A DNA stretch of 63,946 nt, the filler included, from Sarea resinae (Eukaryota), in NCBI GenBank assembly GCA_026026165.1. It is 5 parts of 5 records of this genome, joined end to end, with 100 filler letters (N's around TTAATTAATTAA, not from the genome) between each part and the next. Parts side by side here need not be neighbours in the genome. Positions count along the whole stretch, not along the records: positions 17,984 to 32,429 come from JAPEUD010000135.1; positions 32,530 to 43,482 come from JAPEUD010000137.1; 3 more parts are not named here. The stretch is one strand, 5' to 3'. The position numbers were made by a program, and so were the translations under genes. Below are positions 23,150 through 35,458 of the stretch, piece after piece. How positions within the stretch are numbered: the first letter of the stretch is position 1; each line of letters starts with the position of its first letter. A model generated the notes under the pieces. The model had not been told where the DNA came from. It searched no databases and saw nothing but the letters and a program-made list of their open reading frames with translations.

Positions 23150-26100
23150 TCCTTTCGCTCATCACTGCCTCCACCGTCCCATCCGAACTCTTCAGAAAGG
23201 TCCTTATTTCCCACCTCGTATAGCCAGGTCTACCACGATCAATACGACGGCCCTGAGGGACTCCTGTTCCCCACTAAAGACTGGACTCAGTCAGCCCTTT
23301 GTCTAGTATCTCTAACGCCTTATCTACTGACCTATACTCTAGACAAGTTGTCATAACCCTCATCACCCTAGAACCGGGCGCCATTATCCAGAGCCGCATC
23401 ACCATGTTCTAGCAATGGGACAGAAGCTCGCCTGATCTTGCACCTGGTAGCATCCGCCTTGCTAGTAATAGCATTGGCGGCGGACGGTTTTTCTGGTCCG
23501 AGAGAGATCCTTCCGGTAAGTTTTCACTTCAGCCAAGTCCTTGACGAAGTATACCTATTCATTTAATGGCACAGCCATCACCTTCGGACCGTAAGGCTCT
23601 ATTAGATCTATGGGTCCTATGTAATCTAACCCGAGCATTTCCCTGGGTTGGAACCGGGGTATTAGTACCAGGGAGGCGCTTCTGCGTCGTGCTCCCACTA
23701 GCTGACAGGTATATTTTCTATATCTACGGTCCGGGTAGGCTAATAGAATTGTCCATGGTCTTCAAGGCGGTGGCAAAGTATGTATTTGACTGCTTTCCAT
23801 CTCTTTCGACGTACAATCTCTTACGACAGACAGCAAAAGGTTATCCCCAAGGATGTATGGTTTTATTGCGGTAATTCCACTCCATGTTCTGCCTTCCAGT
23901 CCATCCAATCCATCTAATCCATGTCGTAGATAGGCAGTGACATCCGTGTACATATTGCATTCCATCCACTGCGTCCATGGTCCATCTAGTTCGATGACCT
24001 CCGGGGCCTGGACAAACTCATGGGTAGTCGTGTCTTCTGTCACGTTCGCGGCCATTGTCATCCTGTCAGCATCTCTAGCTTTGCAGTCGCTGGCGTACGA
24101 TCGAGGCATTCGATCGAGGTCATCGGCAATTCTCCTTATGTTTGTCCTGCCAAGTCTGGGGTGCACGGCGTAGTCGTATTCGGACAGTCTATCCTGCCAA
24201 CGGGCTATCCTTCCATGAGTGTCTGTACCGTTATTGCGTATGGTCTTCATTGTTTCATGGTCGGTGTAGGCTTTTGTGTGGTACTGATTCCTCATCATTA
24301 GCCACTGACTCTCTGTCAAACATTGGCTCCATGTGTCGAGGTCGCCAATAATGGTTGGCTTGCATGGAATCTCTCCGACAGAAGGTAGTGGGCCAGATAC
24401 CAGGTCTGAAACTTGCGAACATGTATGTGGAGCGCCCTTTAGGCCCTGTCCCATTCGTCGATACAGGTATTGACCATGAAGAGTGGTAAATGCCCAATAT
24501 CCATTGCTAGCGTCGGCTGAGATGAAACAGTTGAATTTGGATTTGATCATTGTTTGTAGGACTTCCTCCAAAGTATGCATCGGATAGACTGATTTCACGG
24601 TGTAACGACCTCACGGTGTAAAGGAATTCAACGGTCGCACTAAGTCAGTGCTAATAGGCTGAACAATCTAGGAACATCACGAATAGAGAGGCAAGTGATC
24701 GCAACTGTATTGATTGGAATGGAAGGACTGCGTATGCGAAACCCTACTCCAAGAAACATATATCCCGAGATCAGGCCAGACCACACGTGGCAACCCTGCT
24801 GACTGATACCCCATCGAATCTACTCCGCGACATCGGTTTCCTTATCAGTGGACCACTCAGCTCCCCGTCCTTTTTCGGTGGGAATAGTGTTTGAACTCCC
24901 CACTCACTACTTCTCCGAGTGATGAATCCCGCTTCCCCGAGTGATGACTCCCGCTTCTTCCATTGCCGGAAAATCTCTGCAGCGAACGGGGTCTCTATAG
25001 AATTATATCTGCTATGCCCTTGCAGCGCGTCAGGCTCATCCCCGCTGATATGGCGCCTGGTCCATATCAGCGGGGCGCGTCTCCCTGGTGTTCGACGAGG
25101 TAGCCATAACTGTCGATCTCATCTAGAAGACGCTCAACTTCTTCGTTGACTAGTGTTTCGTCCTCTGTGGTCATTGACGGTGGTAGGCTATAGTCGTTCT
25201 ATCCGGGATTCGGAATCAAGTCTGTACGCTCAGTGGTGGCGGAGGTCCCTCCGACTGTATGCTCTATCCCATCATGTCCTTGGAAGGTCTATTTATCATT
25301 CTGATGGTTATGAATGCATCCGACACGTCTATGCCAGATTCGACTCAATAATAGGTCGAAACCTATCGCGCTAGAAATAATGAATGCTCTGTGGGTGGTG
25401 AGGACTCCATCCAGATTGACCGAGACCCATACTAGTTGGTCAAAGTATGCGTGGTATCGTTAGGCAGACGGATTCGCCAGTGTCTATCCTTAGGATGTGA
25501 CGCCAGTCCTGGGATGCTCTTCACTAAATCTTGGCTGATGAGTCCGACGACTGCTCCGCTATCGACCAAAGCCTTATCAGTGCGCGTATTCCCAATCCCA
25601 GCGGTGATATAGACCGGTCAGCTCGCCATCGTCCATTGCTTCGCTTGTGATTGGTGGTGGTTTTGAGACTGGTTCAGTCTGCCCTCTATCTTCGGTGCTG
25701 CAGCTACCTGGGCTGGAGCCTGTTGATTCCGGTTCCTTGGCCCTCGTCGCCTGACTATGGATGACTATAGCTAGTACGCCAATCGTCGTTGAGGGGAGGA
25801 GTCTAGAAGCTGACTCAATGGAAGATCGACTATCATTTGATCGAATGCCGCTGTCAGGTCAAAACGATCGCCCCCGGCCAGCATATGAATTGGAGCGGGC
25901 ATTGCAAAGTTCTTCCTTGTCGCTACTCACGTGCCTTGTGATCGTGCATTTCTGGTTTGCGTCCCTGTCCTTGCCTCCGCGGGAGGTGTTGGCATAGGTT
26001 GATCGTTATCTTCTTCAGACGTGGGCTGACGTGGCACGGATGGCCCTCTAGCCATTCCTCTGTCTCCGGATGGAGGCAAGTCCATAAACTGACTTGGACC

Positions 26101-26430
26101 AGCGTGATCATCCTGTCTCACAGATTGACGTGGAGCGTATGGCTAGCCTTGTCCCGTACTATGGGCTCGCTGATGTCGACTCCGAGTAGCGGGCATACCA
26201 GGAAACTCTCTCAGGTATGGTACATCCTGCAAACCCACCTTCCGGATGTGTAAGTAGCCCTGTAATGGCTGCGGCGGGAGCAGCTGTTGTAGCGGTTGCT
26301 CCTTGTCGATCTAGCTTCGCTGTCTCTCGTTGCCTTATTACTTCCACTGTCTATGGCTAGCAAGCGATGGCTATATCGAGCTCCACAGTAAGAAGGCAGG
26401 CAGCGTTGATATAATTCCAAAGCATCGTCA
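23150..26430 (-). mobile_element. Degenerate Ty3/gypsy gag-pol relic (protease, RT, RNase H, integrase)
   Basis: Protease KALVDSGAVV (~25545-25575); EWGVQTLFPPKK; RT FISADASNGYWA and RRMGQGLKGAP; RNase H YTDH...RIARWQDRLSEYD...IADDLDRMP; integrase EMLGLDYIGP (~23610-23645). Order PR-RT-RH-IN; internal deletions and stops. Outer boundaries are approximate. Confidence 0.85.
24601..24832 (-). mobile_element. Solo LTR nested in the RT region
   Basis: 232-bp segment TGTCGCGG...GGTCGTTACA (minus) with TG/CA termini, TATA-like GATATATG and AATACA; flanks CCGA/CCGT form a near 4-bp duplication; it interrupts the pol relic. Confidence 0.6.
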
Positions 26431-26620
26431 AGCGAGGCGAGGCGAGGCGAGGCGGTGTGGTGGCAAGGCAAGGCAATACCACAGCAAGGCGAAGCAAATC
26501 AAAGCACTCGGACGTAACGCACAGCCAGGGCGGGCCAACGTAGCAGCAACAGAGGCCCGGATCCAGACGAGCCAGGCATGCGTATGGCTGAGATAAGGGT
26601 GTATGGCCGGCGGGAAGCAA

Positions 26621-28175
26621 CTATTCGCTCTCTTCCAAATCATTCTGTCTTACGCGCCGCCTCCTTCCGGCTGCAGACCTCGCTAGGCTTTGATGGATGC
26701 GTTCGCCGTAGGCCGCGATGAAATAGCGGCGAAAGAATCTCCCGATTGCGGAGTTGGGAATAGTATCGCCAGCAAGGCATTGGGCTAAGTACGCAAGGCG
26801 GATGTGCAAGTAATCAAACCAAGCTATGTCATATACCTCGCTGAAACCAGAGCTGAGATACCTGTCAGTTCGGAGAAATCTTCATTAGAGACAGCAGCAG
26901 CGACTTACCGTGCGACATTTTCGACATTGATCCTAAACACCAACCAGAGTTCGTGGTTGACAGTGTCCGCCAATTCCACCCACGCATCACGATCGACTGT
27001 GATTCCCTCAAGACCTTCGATGATAACGATCTTTATATTCGATGTTTCAGTCATTTGTTGGAATCCAGGCCATGATGCGAACGTCCTTTCTACCGGGGTA
27101 CCGGAATCTGTGTTATAATTCTTGGACAGGTTCCGACACCATTGAAAGCCTCTTTTCGCCGATATTTTTTCCCATGTGAGTGAATGCGATATAATTGAAT
27201 GCCCGGGTAGACCTCTCTGCGCCAGGTATCCACTGACTAGCTTCATATTGCCCATCTGGGCTCGGATCACGTCTTCGGTATAGTCGAAAGAATACCGGGA
27301 GCACACACCTAATTGGCCTACAGTTCGCGCCCAGAAAATACTCAGATTATTGTCTTCAGTCGGGTCATCGGCAAGTATCGGCCGCGCACCGTATCGAGTG
27401 CTGGAAACCCTTTTCGGATTGAACGGATGCAGGTTCGTGATATGTATTTTCAATGATTGCTCCCTGGTCCCTTTTGTTCCCTTATACTGGTAACCTGACG
27501 GGCAGGGTTTGTACAGACACTTCTTGCCTGTATTCGACGCGAGATGTCCCATTCTGTGGTCATGCCAATCTTCTTTCGATGTCAGGGTCGCATTGCAATC
27601 ATCCCAAGTACACACATCATACGGAGAGGTGGAGGGGAGGGCGGAGGCACTCGCAGTATCGGGCCTTTCGATATCGACACGCTCGACATCCTGTTTGCCC
27701 AAGCACGCAGTCATTAGCATGATACCAAGATGCTGCTTTATTTTGTTTCACTTACCACCATTTCCTCGTCGTCTGTATCGTTCACGAAAAGTCGGCCCGA
27801 GAGTACTGTTGGTCCGGCCGAAGGCGCAGCGAGGGATTGCGGGGACGGGGACAATTTTGCTCCACTCATCTGTATTTCCAAGCTCGGCGGCTATTGTCAG
27901 TATCGTTAGCATCATTCAACAAAACTTATCGACGAGCCTTTGCGGAGGAGCATTCATTCAGGTAGGAGGCTCTATCGACAAGCTTCATAGGGAAACCTGC
28001 AATGGGGTAGGACACATACTTCGTGCTCTTGTCTGTTGCTAGGGCCGTCTTCGTCCTCGACAGCGGTTTCGATCTCTGGTATGACCTGAGCGAGGAGTGG
28101 ATCAGCAATCACTACTGTCATCTCATCGAGGGCATATTGCTTCAAAGGCGTACCTCGTGATGCTGTCTCTTCCAT
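26621..28175 (-). CDS. Multi-exon C2H2 zinc-finger protein (3' exon structure unresolved)
   Basis: CTWDDC...HRMGH and CLYKPC...HITNLH fingers; two phase-0 introns with GTATGT/GTAAGT donors and GCTAAC/GCTAAT branch points join upstream exons to ORF 26905-27720. Confidence 0.6.
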
Positions 28176-28243
28176 TCCTTCTCCCGGCGTCTGGCTGCCG
28201 GAGACTTGCGGTATTTCTTTGGAGGCATCTCGCAATCGATCGG

Positions 28244-28307
28244 TCAATTGATCAATCAATCGATATCAATCAATCGATAGATAGGTCAGTCAATCAAACA
28301 ATCAATA

Positions 28308-28350
<43 letters not shown>
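28244..28350. repeat. (ATCA)n degenerate microsatellite
   Basis: TCAA/ATCA tandem run. Confidence 0.9.
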
Positions 28351-31300
28351 TCATAGGTTGTTTGCCAACGAGAGAGAAAAAGAGGATGGAGGGCTTCAAC
28401 GAACGATACACAGACTGGGACAGTCCTGTTGTCGTTGAACTAAGGTTTGTTGAGTGTCGTAATGGTGCCTTGCAATTGGGACGAAACCGTCCGACATTCT
28501 TTGGCATGTCGACCAAAGCGAGATATGCTATACCCAAGAACATCATGGTGGCGAGGGCACAGCAAGGGCACCTACCCTTGCCAGTCTGTATCGCACAAAG
28601 ACAGTGCCAGCTCAGAGCTAATTCCGGTGTCGTTGAAGATCGGGTATACAGATGTCGTTGAGCGGTGATCTAGTGCAATGATTCGGACAAGTCGGAAAAT
28701 ATGATTTGGACTCTCTGTAATCCGTGTACGCAGACATCATCTTTATAGATACGGCACGATGCTTTGTCACATTTGACTCTTGAGATTCTATTGCTATCAT
28801 GCATGGTAGACGCACGAAACGATCAACCCGATCCAATCCATCCTATATTTGGCAGGTATTGCACTAGCCATTACTCGCGCAACTCCAGATTGCTCTGATG
28901 CGTGGGCGAATGCTGTTGTAGTGACTGCCAGATAGGGTGGTTGGTTCTGGACAAGAGCCGCCGTCTGCTGGGGCTGTGATAGAGTCGGGATGATCGAGTG
29001 AGATGCCGATAGGGTGGCGAAGACGACCGAGACATGTGCCGAGAAGGAGGTTGAAACAGAAGTTGACGAATGTGGACGAGTTTCGATGGTCGCTGGCGAA
29101 TTTCGAGGGAAGTGGCAAGTTCTGAAGAGATTAAGAGTCCCATTGTGACACGGAAAGAAGAAATCGGTCTGGCGCGAATGAGGCTCATCGGGTTGTTGTA
29201 CAATCATGTTTGAACCATGAAGCATCACTGACTCCACCTCATCAGTGGCGGCCGCTTCGCAGACCGCAGTCGGTGAAATCCTGGTGGGTTCCTGATGACG
29301 AGCTGTAAGAAACCCCTCGAAGAGTTGAGACGGCAAATTGGCTTGCCAGATGCGAATTTCAAGGACGCGCGGACCCTAAGACCTTAGCGCGTCATCTGAA
29401 GTGAGCAAGGAGTGAGCAGCAGCAGCCCGACGGTCTATCCATTCTAAAATCTGATTGTATTTGACCGTTGGACTGCCGCGATCGAGGCTCACAGCGGCCA
29501 TGATTATTCAGACTGAAAAGGTAAAGGATGAAAAATTGAGAAACTGTATTGAGAGACTGTATCAAGAGGGAAGTTGTGTCAACAAACGTACCTAATTGTA
29601 GATAATGCTAGAAAGCACCTCGCAAATCAACTATCGCAGTGTAAAGGCCATGCTAGAAGTTTAGAAGAGTTAGATTAAAGAGGTAGGTAGATGGAATAGA
29701 CAGACATCCTGAATAGACCGTGCCTTACAGCCTCATTAGGCCGCTTCCGAATGCCACTTCTATGCAAGAGCGACAGGCTGCAGGAATCCACCACTATGTA
29801 TGATAGAGGATTCAGTTGATTCAGTGAGGTTGTGGGCATTGAAATGACAAGGGTGGTTTGATGATGGTGAACTCGGTGTCAGTGTTAGAGCGCGATCTAC
29901 TAGGTAAGCCGATTCGAGTGAATACCTTAGTTGATCGCGCTGGTAGAATCGACTAGGTAGCTGTGGTTTAGTACGAAGTACTCCTGCTGTTGTTAGTGAG
30001 GCCGCATCCTCTGACCTTATCTTTAGTCACCTTACCTTTAGCCACCTTACTTTTGGTTCGGTTTACCTTACGTTTGGTTCTGGATTAGCAACTGCAGGCT
30101 GGCGATACAAATCGTGCACTCTCTTACAACCTCCTAGAAGGTTAAGCATCGTCAACCTAAGAGTAAGAGGTAGAGGTAGAGGTAGGTTGATTTACAGTAG
30201 GTAGCCTGTCACTTGGCGCTAATTTGCCGAATAACAACGTTGTAACCTCACGCAGATTGATTAGCTAGTAAAGGATCGCGTATGATGTTATGATGTTACT
30301 AATACACAGAAACTAGCGGAGCCAGGATGTACTGCGTAGTACTTCGTACTCCGTAGACGAAATCATTCTTGAACCATGTGCCATAGCATGCAGAGGTCCA
30401 CATAGTACTGAAAAGGCTGAGTCGTGGATGTCACGTACGGAAGTAGAAAGGTGTTGAATGAAGCTATGATCCGAGCTGTGGTTTTATCCACTCCTCAGCA
30501 CGTGACTAATTACGGTATCCACCATGAACCATGCCTGTAGCCACTTCCTAGCTCCACAGTACCTTCTTCTACTCCGGAGTACTGAAGAAAGACCGAGTCA
30601 TGGAATCCACCAATGAGGTGGTGATGATTGAATCTACGTGCCGACCGGTGGTTTTAATCGTCGCCTAATCACGTGCCGTACGGGCCTAACTACGGTAGCT
30701 CATTCCTCCGCTCCACAGTACTATCAGGAGCGATAAGCGAGAGCCATACTTAATACCTTGTGCCTGTGTGTACTTTTCATCCTTGGTTACCAGTCAGATC
30801 CCTACCTCCATTAGTCGGCAGCCCCGATCTCGCGTGACTGGACAAGGTAACCGGATTAGGCAATTGATGCCGCGCGATGCCGCGATGCATAAGGTAGGCA
30901 AGTCATTAAAAAGTCATCATGAGAGGGATTATGTCTCCGCCGCCAGTGTTAACGATATCTACGTTCGTCTCAGCTGCTTCAGATGTCTCTACCAACGGTC
31001 AGTGATGTGAGCAGAGGAATAATGCTTTATCTGGCTGTAGCGATTATTGCGGCATCTTATTCTTTTCCATGGAATATCTACATCTAAATCCACTTGCGGT
31101 CCATTTTAGACATCCACCAACAGCCAATCTATGATCTCCGACAATCCACCGGCGTCTACAGACGCCATCTGTACCATTTCCTGCTCTTGCAGCCATGCGG
31201 CTTATCAACGAGTCATGGGAGGTCGCTGTCAGACCCGGTAACGAACGATCTCCACGCTACGAGGACTATCTCGCTTGATCCGACGATCGATGAACAGGCT

Positions 31301-31377
31301 TTATCCAGCGGTTCAAAGAGAACTGTAAAGACCTCCTCGGAGGCAAATATAGGAAGAAGCGAGAGAAAGAGAAATTA

Positions 31378-32028
31378 GTGCAGAACATTGAGGTCGACAA
31401 AGGGGAACTAAATTCGAGATTTGACAAAGTTCATGGGTCTGATGGCCTGGTCGAGACACTCCTGCTGTCTACAGCGGCGATGATAGAGCTGCGCATCTTT
31501 CTTGAATATGGAGACTATCTGGCTGTAAGCCTTGAGAGCTTAAGAAGGCCAACTTTCAGTAGCAGCATGTGGAGGTTACACCCGGAATTAAACTGGCAAG
31601 AGGTTAACACAAGGCTTGAAGCCGAAGAAGCTATGCTTACGACATACCACAAAAGCCAGCCTCACCCTATCATCGCTGTAAGGCGTGACACCCCATGGCT
31701 TACGGATGTCTATAAGGCTGCACAGCAGCTTAATATAGAGTCATCGGACCTTCGTCACGAGATTCAGGCATATGCCCAAAGGAACTCCCTCTGCTATAAC
31801 AGCATTGAAACATTAATCAACAAGTGCGACTTTTCGGCCCTAGGACGCAAATTGCTCAAGGACAAGGCAGCACTTGATAGCATCTTCCAACGAAGCCCGC
31901 ACGAGCAGATAACGGTGCGGAATTGTATCACGCGGATACAGAACGAGTGGTTTTCGGCTCTTATTGGAATGGACCAGGGGTGGTGTCGAACCCGAGCGAG
32001 AAGGCGAATTAGAAGATGCGAAAGTTGA
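31378..32028 (+). CDS. Hypothetical all-helical protein or relic, possibly HEPN-like
   Basis: Open 216 codons of helical amphipathic sequence with EIQAYAQRNSLCY; start uncertain (GTG; first ATG at 31480). Confidence 0.45.
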   Translation: MQNIEVDKGELNSRFDKVHGSDGLVETLLLSTAAMIELRIFLEYGDYLAVSLESLRRPTFSSSMWRLHPELNWQEVNTRLEAEEAMLTTYHKSQPHPIIAVRRDTPWLTDVYKAAQQLNIESSDLRHEIQAYAQRNSLCYNSIETLINKCDFSALGRKLLKDKAALDSIFQRSPHEQITVRNCITRIQNEWFSALIGMDQGWCRTRARRRIRRCES

Positions 32029-32429
32029 AAGCAAGACTGGCAAGCCGCAGGTCCGACTCGGCAACGACTGTCGTTTTAGAGGACTGATCTAGTGTGAAGA
32101 GCCGATTCCGAGGGCGATCATCCAAGGGCAGAAGCTTTGAGCCGCCTCGAAACTCGTTACCTTTGTCTTTTCTATAGGAATTGAATCTAGTTGCTATCTC
32201 GTTCTGCGGGAGAATTGATCAAAAAGGGCCCGCTTCCAGGTTCCATTTTCACGTTACTTTTTGGGTTCGTCCGGACTATTTCATGAGGTAGACGGATGAA
32301 GATTGCATGATTCTGGAACGACACCTTGCAGGAGGGGGCCTTGCTTGGCTTGCTAGATAGGGGAGTTCTGTAGTTGATTGTCTTGATAATCTAGTAGGAC
32401 ATCAGGCTGCAACAAAGGAGTAGGTACAT

Positions 32430-32529
32430 NNNNNNNNNNNNNNNNNNNNNNNNNNNNNNNNNNNNNNNNNNNNTTAATTAATTAANNNNNNNNNNNNNNN
32501 NNNNNNNNNNNNNNNNNNNNNNNNNNNNN
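32430..32529. other. Artificial contig linker
   Basis: N-TTAATTAATTAA-N. Confidence 0.99.
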
Positions 32530-33340
32530 GGTTAGATTTTGGTAGTGATGCTTGCGGGAGGGGAGGGAAGAGGGATATCATATGATTAAGGGCCGCGAGG
32601 GGGGGGAAGGTGGGGGGGAGATCATAAGGATAAGGGCCGGGAGGGAGATGATAGGGATAGGGATGGGCATGGTTGATGTTGTGCACTATCACCACCATCA
32701 CCATCACCACCACGACAACAGAAACGACGGCGACGATGACTACAAAAACAGAACAGACGACGACGACGACCTCGACAACAACAACAAAGACAGAGACAAA
32801 GACAGAGACAGTGACAAAGACAAAGACAAAAAACTACGTCCACGCCCAACAAAAACACCGGCGTCTAGAAACATCCGTAGCACACCACAGAGCAGTGGAA
32901 GGAAAACACAGCGCAGAACATTGGGATGTGGAAGGATGGGCTGGTATAGTTGTGTTTGTGGTAGTGGCGGTGTTGGTGGCAGTGGTGGTGTTAGGGTGGG
33001 TTAGGGTGGGTTGGATCAGTAGGAGTATAGGTCTAAGTATGAGTATAGGGGGGAGATACGGTAGGAGAGGATAGGATAAGATAGGAGAGCAGAGGAGAGG
33101 AGAGGAGATAGTAGCTGTCTACCTACCTACCTACCTACCTACCTACCTATCCGTCTGTCTGTCTAAGCTCGGAACATGGGCGTCAAGGAAAGAAGGGATG
33201 GGATGGGATGGGATGAGATGGGAAAGGAGAGGAAGGAGAGGGGGGAGGGAAGGAGAGGATAGGAGGGGAGGGGTCTAGATTGTTGTACGCAAGTCCGTTC
33301 TTCTTCTTCTTCTTCTTCTTCTTCTTCTTCTTCTTCTTTT
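32530..33340. repeat. Simple-repeat-rich intergenic tract (CAC/GAC/AAC, CTAC, GGGAT, TTC arrays)
   Basis: Multiple short microsatellites in succession. Confidence 0.85.
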
Positions 33341-33647
33341 AGAGCCCTCTCTTCCTCCTTTACCTATCTCTCTGTCGAGAAACTCTTACACAATATACCT
33401 CTAAAACGGTATATGACTCAACAGCCAGGACCCCACGTGCGGCATGGCATGATATGGGATTCCTTGCTCTTCGAATGCTCCGGCTGGGTTCCACGATATC
33501 TAGTTCCAATCTTTTCCATTTTGGGCATGGCACGTATAATAGCTGGACTAAATACAACTCTCCCTCTCTCCCTGTATGTCGCTAGAGAAATGCTATGCTC
33601 TTTTCTTCCTTCTTTTTGCGCGGACGTATTGCCCAGACCTATCAAGA

Positions 33648-35048
33648 TCATGCGAAAAACTTCTTCAGAGCTTCCTTCTCCTTCTTCGCCCGCTCGGCCT
33701 TCTTCCGCCTCACGGCGTCCAGTTCGCGGACGACGGCCGCGTCACCAGGCACGCACTTGAGCGCGGCCTCGAGGTCCTTGACCGCCTCGTCCTCGTCCTT
33801 GAGCCCGGCCAGGGCTTGCGCGCGCCTGAAGAGAGCCTTGCCCTTATCGGTCGCGGACACGAGCGTCGGGTGAGAGGTGGCGATCTCGACGGCATAGTCG
33901 GCGCTCGATTTGGCGGCGTCGAATGACTTGAGCTTGAGCTGCAGCAGCGCCGAGTTCGAGTGCAGCGTGAATTTCAGCGCCGTCATCTTATCGCCCAGCT
34001 CCGCCGGGTCCGAGTCGAGCGGTTCCGGGTACTCGTGCAGGTAGCGCAGCGCTTTCTGGTATTTGTCGAGCCCGACACTGAGGTCGGACGCCTTGAACGC
34101 TGCGTTTCCGTAGCCTTTCAGCGCGGTCGCGATCGTGAGGTATTCTGGCCCGGTGAGGGAGGCCGCGTTGGGTGCATCTTCGGGAAAGTCTTCGTATGGG
34201 TCGCCTGTGCTGTCGGGGATCTTGTCGGCTGCTGTGCGGGCCGCGTCGCCGGTGAGTTGACCGCAGTCTGGAGCATGTTAGATTTGTGGCTTTGGAGTTG
34301 ATAGAGACAAAATGGCTGCATGTACCAATAATTTTGACTTCCTGCTGCGGCTTGTCGCCTTGGGTCGGGAGGTTCTCGACTTTACGGATCGTGCTCTTGC
34401 CATTCAGGACCTCGCCGAAGACGACGTGTTTTCCGTCGAGGTGGGGTGTGGGGACGGTGGTGACGAAGAACTGGGAGCCATTGGTGCCTGGTCCCGCATT
34501 GGCCATGGAGAGCAGAAACGGTCGCTCGTGCTTCAGCTGGAAGTTCTCATCCTCGAACTTCTCGCCGTAGATCGATTCACCCCCTGTGCCGTTGCCTGCC
34601 GTGAAATCGCCGCCCTGGATCATGAATTGCTTGATGACGCGGTGGAACACAGACCCTGGATGGAGTTAGCTTCGTACTTCCGATCCTTCATCCTGCTGTT
34701 GCTGTTGCTGACCCTTGTAATGCAGAGGCTTCCCTGATTTCCCTACACCTTTCTCTCCGGTGCACAAGGCCCGAAAATTCTCCGCCGTCTTCGGGACGAC
34801 TGTAGCAGCTGTTAGAATCGCTATATGCGTGTAGGATCGTAAGCCTTACTGTCATCGTACTATCAAGGCCGTCAGTTTCTACTCAGATACGATGCACGCT
34901 TCACTCACCAATTCAAAGTTGACTCTCTCCGGCTTCGATCTGCCAATTTGAATATCGAAGAAGACGCGACTGCGCCCTACCTGTGGGTCAGCCTTGGAGG
35001 TTGATTCGATTTGATGCCTGGCCGCTTACCTGCTGTCTCGGTGGCCAT
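33648..35048 (-). CDS. CPR6: Cyclophilin 40 / peptidyl-prolyl isomerase D (cyclophilin + TPR)
   Basis: [37 protein letters not shown] and NGSQFF motifs; C-terminal TPR (KALFRRAQA) ending LKKFFA*; multiple introns including a 10-nt microexon. Confidence 0.92.
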
Positions 35049-35458
35049 TGCGAATGATGTGTAGATGAGAGGATGTCAAAGTCTTTGCAAGTCTGTCGTA
35101 TGATGCAAGCGCAACGAAAGTCGGGGCAGTGAGGTGAGATTGGGCCGTGTCTGGAGTTGTAGTGGGATTTGAATTGGTATTGTTGGAGCTTCAGGAAGCT
35201 TCCATACGTACTGTTTCGCATTCGGTGGGGTGTGAATAGTGTGTGGTGGGGGTGGTGCGTGCACAGTCCCGTCGAGATCTAATCTATTCAGGGCCGCGCA
35301 CATGGAGATCGCCCCGAAACGGGAATGCGACATTGGGATACAGAGGCATCATCCACAGTAATCTATGCCATACAGAGATGCATTGATTGATAGGATCATG
35401 ATGAAAAAGTCTACATTGGATATTGGAATTGATAGATATATTTACACACATATGGCCC

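Noticed and set aside
28400..30300. Short ORFs in the subtelomeric interval
   Set aside because: No motifs or consistent splice structure recognised.
32552..33074. His-rich and Thr-rich ORFs, and two TTAGGG units near 32991-33006
   Set aside because: Products of trinucleotide and hexanucleotide microsatellites; two units do not make a telomere.
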